Source: a virus
Taxonomy: Duplodnaviria; Caudoviricetes
Length of the DNA: 40,182 nt
Virus record (IMG/VR): IMGVR_UViG_3300037424_000543
Coordinates: 1 to 40,182 of that record
Strand: one strand, 5' to 3'
Position 1 is the stretch's first letter, and each line of letters opens with the position of its first letter. Shown here in pieces: positions 33,670-40,182 of the stretch. The notes below the pieces were generated by a model, which worked only from the letters and a program-made list of their open reading frames with translations, had not been told where the DNA came from and made no database searches. Both the position numbers and the translations under genes were made by a program.

Positions 33670-34989
33670 TTATGAGCGCGTGGCCAGGGTGACGTAAGGC
33701 GACAGCGTGTTGGTCCCTCGCGCGGGCGTGAGCGCCGAACGCCACTTGGGCTGCCCGTTGTTCCGCACGCGGAAGCGATAGGTGTTCTCGCCGTTGATGA
33801 ATCGCACGTGCATGGATTGCGTAGTCTGCACGTCGCCGTTATCGATGATGATGTACTGCGACGGATCGACCAGGATGATATCGCCCACTGTGCCCAGCGC
33901 GGCGCACTGTTCCATCGGGATGAGCGGCATCCCGTAGAGCGTATCGAAGGGCTTGCCGCTGATGCCGTTCGCGGGCATGAACACCGGCACGCCGCCGGTG
34001 CCCACCGGCATGGACATGCCGTCCAGTTCCGGCTCCACTTCTTGATTGATCAGCCAGATTGCGTTCGCCCGTGCCGGCGCCCACATGCGCGCGCGCATTT
34101 TTTTGACGTTGGCGAACACCACCGTGGCGGCCGTCTGCCCGGCTTCCTTGGCGACGGACACGGTAGCGGTGGCGGTAATCAGTCCCTGGAACTGGCCGGC
34201 GCCGGTGCCATTGATGATCTCGTCGTCGATCTTGAAGCCGAATTCATCCTGGAAGGCCTCGCCAACGATGGATTCCAGAGCTACCGCATCTTCCAGGAGT
34301 TCCTCGGTGGCGTATGCCAAGCCGGTCAGCTTGAGCAGATCAATCTTGATCTGCCGGAACTTTGGCGCGGCGGCCGTCACGGACCCGGCTTCGGAATCCC
34401 GATAGACCTGCACCCCGCCCCAACGGGAACCGGCTACGCGGCTGGTTTCGTCGATGGCGTTGAACACGATTTGATTTCCGCTGATGCGTCGGCGGTAGCA
34501 GCGTTGCGCCAGGCGCGTGGCTTCCATGGCACGGACCAGCAGTTCGTTGCTGTACTCGGGCGCCACCAGATAGCCACCGTCCGGGCCGATGCCCTCACTC
34601 ATGCCGGACGCGGCACGGAACAGGCGCGGGTCGATGTCGTGCGGGGCCTGCGCGGCGTGCGCCACGGCTTGCAGCTGTTCGCCGAAGGAACTCCACGGGG
34701 CTTTCGCGGTGTTGGGGCCGTGATCCTGCGCGGTGGCCGGCGTGCCGTCGCCGCGGAAGGAAGCTACCACGTCATCGGAGCGGCGCGCGGCATCGTTCAG
34801 GGATTGGCGAGATTCGAATTCGGCGGTGTTGGCGCTGATGGACGCGGCCAAGTCTTGCGCGGCCTTCACGTCCTGAGCGGATTCCTCGGCCGTGGGCGCG
34901 TATTCTGGCGCGTCAATGCGAGCTTGCAGGTCTGTGCGTTGCTTGGCCAGGGCTTCTTTGCGGGCCAGCAGTTCGTTGAGGCGTGCCAT
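33670..34989 (-). CDS. Major capsid protein (HK97 fold)
   Basis: Coiled-coil delta domain, DGGYLV.PE, KL......TEELL.D, I.NGTG.GQ..G. Confidence 0.96.
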   Translation of the reverse strand: MARLNELLARKEALAKQRTDLQARIDAPEYAPTAEESAQDVKAAQDLAASISANTAEFESRQSLNDAARRSDDVVASFRGDGTPATAQDHGPNTAKAPWSSFGEQLQAVAHAAQAPHDIDPRLFRAASGMSEGIGPDGGYLVAPEYSNELLVRAMEATRLAQRCYRRRISGNQIVFNAIDETSRVAGSRWGGVQVYRDSEAGSVTAAAPKFRQIKIDLLKLTGLAYATEELLEDAVALESIVGEAFQDEFGFKIDDEIINGTGAGQFQGLITATATVSVAKEAGQTAATVVFANVKKMRARMWAPARANAIWLINQEVEPELDGMSMPVGTGGVPVFMPANGISGKPFDTLYGMPLIPMEQCAALGTVGDIILVDPSQYIIIDNGDVQTTQSMHVRFINGENTYRFRVRNNGQPKWRSALTPARGTNTLSPYVTLATRS

Positions 34990-35179
34990 CGTTCGTGTCC
35001 CCTTGCGAGCGGCGCGTGGGGCACGAAAAGAAAAAGCGCGTACCACCGCGCCGAAGGTTTGCACCATCGGTCGGCAGGCACGCGCTGCGCAAGGCGGCGG
35101 TGTATCTGCGTCGCGCCACGGGGTCGCTGGTCGCAAGGACCAGCATCAACCGCGGCACCTTTAGAAGTCAGTGATTCAC

Positions 35180-35209
35180 AGGCTAGCGTAATCCGCGCCG
35201 GAAAGTCAA
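35180..35209 (-). promoter_or_regulatory. Putative internal promoter upstream of the capsid gene
   Basis: TTGACT-18 bp-TAGCCT in a 227-bp intergenic gap. Confidence 0.4.
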
Positions 35210-35216
35210 GCGCTTT

Positions 35217-36065
35217 TTACGCGAGCAGCAAATTCATACGCGCGCGGTTACGATCCACCGTGGCTTGACGCGCCGCGCGCGATCCCGGCCCGGCCAATTT
35301 TACTTTCATGTCCGCGAGCACCTGCCCCATGGTAGCGATGCCGTCCACCAGTCCGGCGTCTACTGCCGCGCGACCAGTCAGCATCCGCCCTTCGCCGTAG
35401 CCTCCGCGCACGGCAGCGGACTTTACGCCACGGTGCCGGGCCACGGCATCAACGAACATCCCGTAATAGTGATCCACGTCTCCCTGGATTGCGGCGGCGG
35501 CCACCTCGCCCAGCGGCTCCAGCGGGCTGCCATCCATCTTGTACTTGCCTGCCTTGATGAAGGTGACCTTCACACCACCGGCCTCCAGCGCGCGCGATAA
35601 ATCCAGATGCACGGTCCATATGCCGATGCTGCCCACCATCGCGGCGGGGGCGGCAAGCACACGGTCCGCGGCGCTGGCGATGTAATACGCGGCGCTGGCC
35701 ATGAGGCTGTTCGCCACGGCCACAATGGGTTTGCTCCCACGCGCGGCGAAAATCTGTGCGGCTAGTTCGTCCACGCCGGCCACGGACCCACCTGGCGAAT
35801 CGACCTCCAGCACGATGGCGCCGATAGCCGGGTCCTCGATTAGCTGCGCGAACGCGCGCCCGAACTCAATGGTGCTGACGCCGGTCATCCAACCGGACCG
35901 CTGTGCAATGTTGCCGAACAACTGCATCACGGCGATCATGCCGCCGGGTTGATTGCCCATCGTGACTGGCGCGGCCTGGCGCTGCTGAAACTCCGCGTCG
36001 GGATTCTGTTCCGCAGCCACGCGCAATCGCAACGCGGATTCCTCCATATACCAGTAGCGTTCCAT
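35217..36065 (-). CDS. Prohead protease, S49 (SppA) family
   Basis: DSPGG.V, KPIVA, MASAAYYIASAAD, VGSIG, AGKYK. Confidence 0.95.
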   Translation of the reverse strand: MERYWYMEESALRLRVAAEQNPDAEFQQRQAAPVTMGNQPGGMIAVMQLFGNIAQRSGWMTGVSTIEFGRAFAQLIEDPAIGAIVLEVDSPGGSVAGVDELAAQIFAARGSKPIVAVANSLMASAAYYIASAADRVLAAPAAMVGSIGIWTVHLDLSRALEAGGVKVTFIKAGKYKMDGSPLEPLGEVAAAAIQGDVDHYYGMFVDAVARHRGVKSAAVRGGYGEGRMLTGRAAVDAGLVDGIATMGQVLADMKVKLAGPGSRAARQATVDRNRARMNLLLA

Positions 36066-36066
36066 T

Positions 36067-37653
36067 TCAGTTCCCTCCAATGAGCGCCAAGTCTGCAAGG
36101 CGCGGGGCGGCTGTCGTTTCCCACTCCGTCGTCGCGGCCACGCCGCCCGCGTGCAGTGACGCAAGCTGCTGAGTAGTGTACGCTTCGACCGCCGCCGGGT
36201 GCAACTGCAGCGCCTTGGCGACGTGCGCGGCGCGGCGCGCGTAGTATTCCTCGCACGCGGACAACCACTTGGCGGTATCCCCGCCGTGCTTGGCGGCAAG
36301 CTCGGTTATGGCGTGACGCTCTCGTTGCACCGTGCGCAACGCCACCTCGCGCACGATCAACTCGGCGCGCGGCGCCGTGACGGGAACGGGAGCACTCGCG
36401 GATGCTTTGTCATCTTCCTCTTCGGCGTCGTCCGGGAGCGGCGCGGGCAGCTTCACGTCGCGCGCGTCGTGGTCGCCAACGGCCCCGGTGTTCAGCGGTT
36501 GCAGCGGTTCGTCCAGACCGTCGATGGGGTTCCAATCCTCCATCTCCCGTGCCTCGTTGCGGGTCATGTAGCCGGTGACGATGGCCGATTGGTAGGCCTG
36601 GAAACGCGCTAGCGTGGCCCCGCGCATCAGACCGTCGAGCAGGAACTTCGGGAAATATTTGTCCGGCTCCAGGAGCAAGTCGCGGCTGATCGTTTGCTCG
36701 ATCATCACGGCCCACGAGAGCAGGGTGAATTTCACGAGCTCGATACCTTGCTCCTCGATGTTGTTGTTCGTGCTGCGCTCCAGGTCGCCGATCACGTGCG
36801 GGGGCAGACCGAAGATGGACGCTATCTCAGACTTGGTGAACTTGCGACTCTCGATGAACTGCGCATCGCGCTGAGATACGCTCACCGGGGTCCACTTGAA
36901 CCCCTGGTCGAGCATCATGGTTTCGTGCTTGTGCAGGCCGGTGGTCGTACCACGCAACGAATCGCGGGCTTTCTGCCGCTCGGATTCCGTGGTGAACGTT
37001 TTGTCCGTGGTGAGGATGCCCGCCGGCGTAGCCGCGTTGCGCCAGAATGTGGCCGCGTGCTGTTGCGCCGCCAGGGCCTCGCCGAACGTCTCGCGGTGCA
37101 CGTCAATGGGCGAACGCCCCATGATGCCGTTATCCGTGAACGGGCGTAGGTGCAGCAGGTCATCGGCCACATAGTTGCGCGTCGTGCCGTCCGGCAGACG
37201 GATGCGATAGCGCACCGTGCCGTCGCGCAGCTGTTCCACGGTCACAGCGTCCGGGTGTTGTGGGATCAGTTGTTCCACGTTGCCTCCGCGGCCCACCTGC
37301 TTGAGCGCATAGGCGTTGCCGCGCAGAGCCGCGTGTGAAACCAGCATGCCCCAAAACTCGTAAGCCGTCTGGCGGTCGTTGGGGCGATCATGCAGCAGGA
37401 CGTAGAGCGGATGGTCCGACTCACGTTGTTTGCCGCCAGTGGCCAGATGCGAGTACAGGTGCAGGGGCAGGGCGGCAATCACGCGCGAGAGAAAATGCAC
37501 GCAAGCATATACCGTGGCCACGCGCATGGCGGTGTCCGGCGTCACGGCGGCCCCGCTCCACGTGGGGCCGTGCACGGGATCAAACCAGCGTTCGTCGGTC
37601 GGCGCCCATCCGCCGGCGCGCGGCGCCCCGAATAGAGAAGTCAAGAATCCCAT
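36067..37653 (-). CDS. Portal protein (HK97 family)
   Basis: VYACV....IA.LP, L...PN..QT, GNAY, G.SPI, DAQF.E.R, TRNEAR..E. Confidence 0.96.
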   Translation of the reverse strand: MGFLTSLFGAPRAGGWAPTDERWFDPVHGPTWSGAAVTPDTAMRVATVYACVHFLSRVIAALPLHLYSHLATGGKQRESDHPLYVLLHDRPNDRQTAYEFWGMLVSHAALRGNAYALKQVGRGGNVEQLIPQHPDAVTVEQLRDGTVRYRIRLPDGTTRNYVADDLLHLRPFTDNGIMGRSPIDVHRETFGEALAAQQHAATFWRNAATPAGILTTDKTFTTESERQKARDSLRGTTTGLHKHETMMLDQGFKWTPVSVSQRDAQFIESRKFTKSEIASIFGLPPHVIGDLERSTNNNIEEQGIELVKFTLLSWAVMIEQTISRDLLLEPDKYFPKFLLDGLMRGATLARFQAYQSAIVTGYMTRNEAREMEDWNPIDGLDEPLQPLNTGAVGDHDARDVKLPAPLPDDAEEEDDKASASAPVPVTAPRAELIVREVALRTVQRERHAITELAAKHGGDTAKWLSACEEYYARRAAHVAKALQLHPAAVEAYTTQQLASLHAGGVAATTEWETTAAPRLADLALIGGN

Positions 37654-37817
37654 CAGCGTCTACCTCCCCTCGAGAAGTACGCCGTCAAAATGGCAACGGA
37701 AAGCAATGCGGCGCCAGTGATGATGTACGCCAGCGCCTGATCGTACCGCATCAGGCCGTAGCCCATGAGCATCGCGCCCAAGGCCGCCACCACATCGCGA
37801 GCATCCAGTGAACGCAT
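37653..37817 (-). CDS. Small membrane protein between terL and portal (54 aa)
   Basis: Two hydrophobic segments; typical position in HK97-like phages. Confidence 0.7.
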   Translation of the reverse strand: MRSLDARDVVAALGAMLMGYGLMRYDQALAYIITGAALLSVAILTAYFSRGGRR

Positions 37818-37823
37818 CGGCAC

Positions 37824-39596
37824 CTATACGTAGATCGGCTCCCAGCCCGCCGGAATGATCGAGTCCGTGTTGAGCGGCGCAAGCTGCCCACGCAGGGCCA
37901 TGATCAATGCTACCACGCCGTCGATCTTTTTCCAGTCCTGGCGCTCCGGTTTGGCCGGCCCAATGTACTTGCCGCCGTAGCGGCTCACAGCCACGGTGTT
38001 GTCGATCATCCAGGCCATCATCGGATTGGCGTCGTGTACGAGGCGCCCGTCCGCCATGAGCTTGTCCAGTTCCTGCATCGGCATGTTTAAGTTCTTCGCG
38101 CCCTGCGCCACGGCGGACACGGGCACGCCCTCGATAGTCAGTTCCTGCACAAGTTGTGTGGCCATCACGGCGTCATATTCCAGGGAGAGGATCGGGTGCC
38201 GGCGGTGCGTGGCCAGGATATCCGCCTTGATGTACTGGTAATCGATGCTGTTACCCGGCGTCAACACCAGATGCCCGCTGTCCGCCCATGCGCGGTAGAG
38301 TTCACGGGAGCGCGTGCGCGCGTCGGTCAGCGAATTTTCCGGCAGGTAGAAGCGCATGAAGGCGCTGTAGCGCGCATCGGGCACTTGCAGTTCCACCGGT
38401 TCACCGTCGTCGCCGGGCCGCGTGACCATGCGCGTCTCCCCGGTTTCCTCGCGGAACAGATAGGCCACCGCGGCCACGTCGCGGATCATGGCCAGGTCCA
38501 TGCCCGCTACCAACGGGCGTCCGCCCATGTCGTCCAGCGATAGATCGGGCCGGCCGCAGGCGCGCCACAAATCGCTATCGTAGTAGGCATTCTGCGCGCC
38601 GACCCAGACGTTCAGGGACTTGGTTCGGAACTCGTTGGCCGCGCGCGGCGTGGCGCGTGCCTGCCCGGCGTCGGCGGCGAACGTCTCGGCGTTGACGGAC
38701 ACGCCGAGATTCGGATTCGCCTTGGGCCACGCCGCGGGATCCTGCCAATCGTCACCTGCGTCCAGGGTGTAGATCACGCCGAAGTACGTCTCATCCGCGA
38801 TCAACCCGCGCAGCACCTTGACCACGTAATCGCGCTGCTCATAGCAGATGCCCGTCTGATCGTCGCCCGCGGTGGTGATGCCCAGCAGCAGCGGCTGGCG
38901 GCGGCTCTTGCGGCTCAACGCAATCACGTCCCACATCTGCGCGGTGGGGTGCGCGTGTAGCTCGTCCATAACCGCGCAATGGGTGTTCCACCCCTCGTTA
39001 GATTTTGACTTGCTATGCAGCGGCTTGAAGCTCGACGCGCTGTGAGGATGCACCAGGGACTTGGCCCACACCTCCACCGAGCCGGCCATCTCCGGTTCCT
39101 GCTCCACCATGTGCGTGGCGATCTCGAAAACACGGTGCGCCTGATCATAGGTGGTGGCCACGGAATACACCTGGCCACCGGCCTCACCGTCCGCGATGAG
39201 CATGTAGAGCGCAAGCGCCGCGCTCAACGTGGACTTGGCGTTCTTGCGCGCCACCTCCAGGTAGGCCGTGCGGAAGCGACGCGCGCCGTCCGCGCGCATC
39301 CAGCCGAACAACACGGCTACGACGAACACCTGCCACGGCTCAAGTCGGATAGTCTGACCAGCCCACTCTCCCTCGTAGTGGCGGCAGACCTGCACGAAGT
39401 CCACGACATGCTGCGCCGCGGCACCGTCAAACCAGTATGGGTGTTCATGGCGCGCGGCACGTCCCCATCGTTTCAGATCGTCCAGATGGCGTCGACACGC
39501 CAGGCGCGTAAGCTCGCACACCACGATGCGGCCACCGATCACGTCGCGCGCATACTGCTCGGCAATCTGGGCGGCGGTCCGTGGGGCCCTGGCCAT
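37824..39596 (-). CDS. terL: Terminase large subunit
   Basis: LEPWQ.F, VARKNAKS, DELH, ITTAG, KANPNLG, GMDLA, KIDGVVA. Confidence 0.97.
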   Translation of the reverse strand: MARAPRTAAQIAEQYARDVIGGRIVVCELTRLACRRHLDDLKRWGRAARHEHPYWFDGAAAQHVVDFVQVCRHYEGEWAGQTIRLEPWQVFVVAVLFGWMRADGARRFRTAYLEVARKNAKSTLSAALALYMLIADGEAGGQVYSVATTYDQAHRVFEIATHMVEQEPEMAGSVEVWAKSLVHPHSASSFKPLHSKSKSNEGWNTHCAVMDELHAHPTAQMWDVIALSRKSRRQPLLLGITTAGDDQTGICYEQRDYVVKVLRGLIADETYFGVIYTLDAGDDWQDPAAWPKANPNLGVSVNAETFAADAGQARATPRAANEFRTKSLNVWVGAQNAYYDSDLWRACGRPDLSLDDMGGRPLVAGMDLAMIRDVAAVAYLFREETGETRMVTRPGDDGEPVELQVPDARYSAFMRFYLPENSLTDARTRSRELYRAWADSGHLVLTPGNSIDYQYIKADILATHRRHPILSLEYDAVMATQLVQELTIEGVPVSAVAQGAKNLNMPMQELDKLMADGRLVHDANPMMAWMIDNTVAVSRYGGKYIGPAKPERQDWKKIDGVVALIMALRGQLAPLNTDSIIPAGWEPIYV

Positions 39597-39599
39597 GCG

Positions 39600-40133
39600 C
39601 TACTCCTGCCCACCCTGGAGGACTTTCAAGCCACGTTGGCTGCGCGGCGCCATGGCAGTTCGCGCACGCGCGCGCTCCGGGTCCTCCTTGTGCTTCTTCA
39701 CGGTCAGGCGTTCGCGCGACGTGGGCGACAGGCCAAGCTCCGCGATCATGCGCATTACGGCGCCGACCGCCGCGTTGCCGCGCAACACGGATGGGTGCGT
39801 GTGGACGCTCTTCAATTTGCCCTCGTCGTCGGTCTTGAAAGTCATACGCACCCGGCGGCCCTGAGAGTCCACCAGCGTGCGCGCCTCGTAATACTCGGCC
39901 CACTCCAGGCACAGCACGGCCACGGCCATCAGATCGGCGTGCGTGAGCGTACCCATAAGCGCCATTTCCCCGGTCACATAATCCCAAACCCATGCGGCAG
40001 CGTCCGGGATCGGGATGGGCGGCGGCGGCGCGATCACTTCGAGCGGCGGTCTGGGCGCATCGGAATTCGTGCGACATTTCTGAACGGTGCCGCGCGCGCG
40101 TTTCACTTCCAACGGTATTTTTTTGCGTCCCAT
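39600..40133 (-). CDS. terS: Terminase small subunit (P27 family)
   Basis: GRK..P...K..RG, A...W, HP, ELGLSP.SR.RL. Confidence 0.93.
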   Translation of the reverse strand: MGRKKIPLEVKRARGTVQKCRTNSDAPRPPLEVIAPPPPIPIPDAAAWVWDYVTGEMALMGTLTHADLMAVAVLCLEWAEYYEARTLVDSQGRRVRMTFKTDDEGKLKSVHTHPSVLRGNAAVGAVMRMIAELGLSPTSRERLTVKKHKEDPERARARTAMAPRSQRGLKVLQGGQE

Positions 40134-40182
40134 AACCCTCTGGTTTCCAATCAGTTTTGAAATGCACGCGCGAAAATTAGGG
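40134..40182. other. Probable right genome end, part of the cos region
   Basis: 49 bp upstream of terS; no terminal direct repeat with position 1. Confidence 0.6.

Noticed and set aside
32107-35268. Long plus-strand ORFs (522 and 486 aa)
   Set aside because: Antisense shadows of GC-rich head genes with no motifs.

Overview
This window looks like an essentially complete ~40-kb linear genome of an HK97/lambda-type tailed phage (siphovirus architecture, GC-rich), apparently broken at its cos site. The host is probably Gram-negative. The right arm (minus strand) runs terminase, portal, S49 protease, major capsid, head extras, neck, two related tail-tube-like genes, frameshifting tail chaperones, a short tape measure and the tail tip. 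It continues into an accessory/lysis block (PagL-like beta-barrel, Zn-finger minigenes, SLT, amidase, holin-like proteins, adenine methylase). The left arm (plus strand) holds an early minigene array, a replication initiator with iterons, DnaB, a nuclease/SSB pair, Lar, RusA, a methylase and small ORFs. An XRE regulator and an HNH gene lie on the minus strand at the left end. No integrase was recognised. The most unusual features are non-coding: (1) an array of early minigenes, each separated by a conserved ~100-bp two-hairpin repeat with a compensatory change (1650-3258); (2) a ~180-nt tRNA-like RNA whose anticodon arm is replaced by a multi-hairpin domain (11718-11896); (3) a ~340-nt hairpin-dense region with twin ACGGA loops in front of an unannotated Arg/Lys-rich 52-aa ORF (8110-8614). 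All calls come from reading motifs and synteny by eye; no database searches or folding programs were run.
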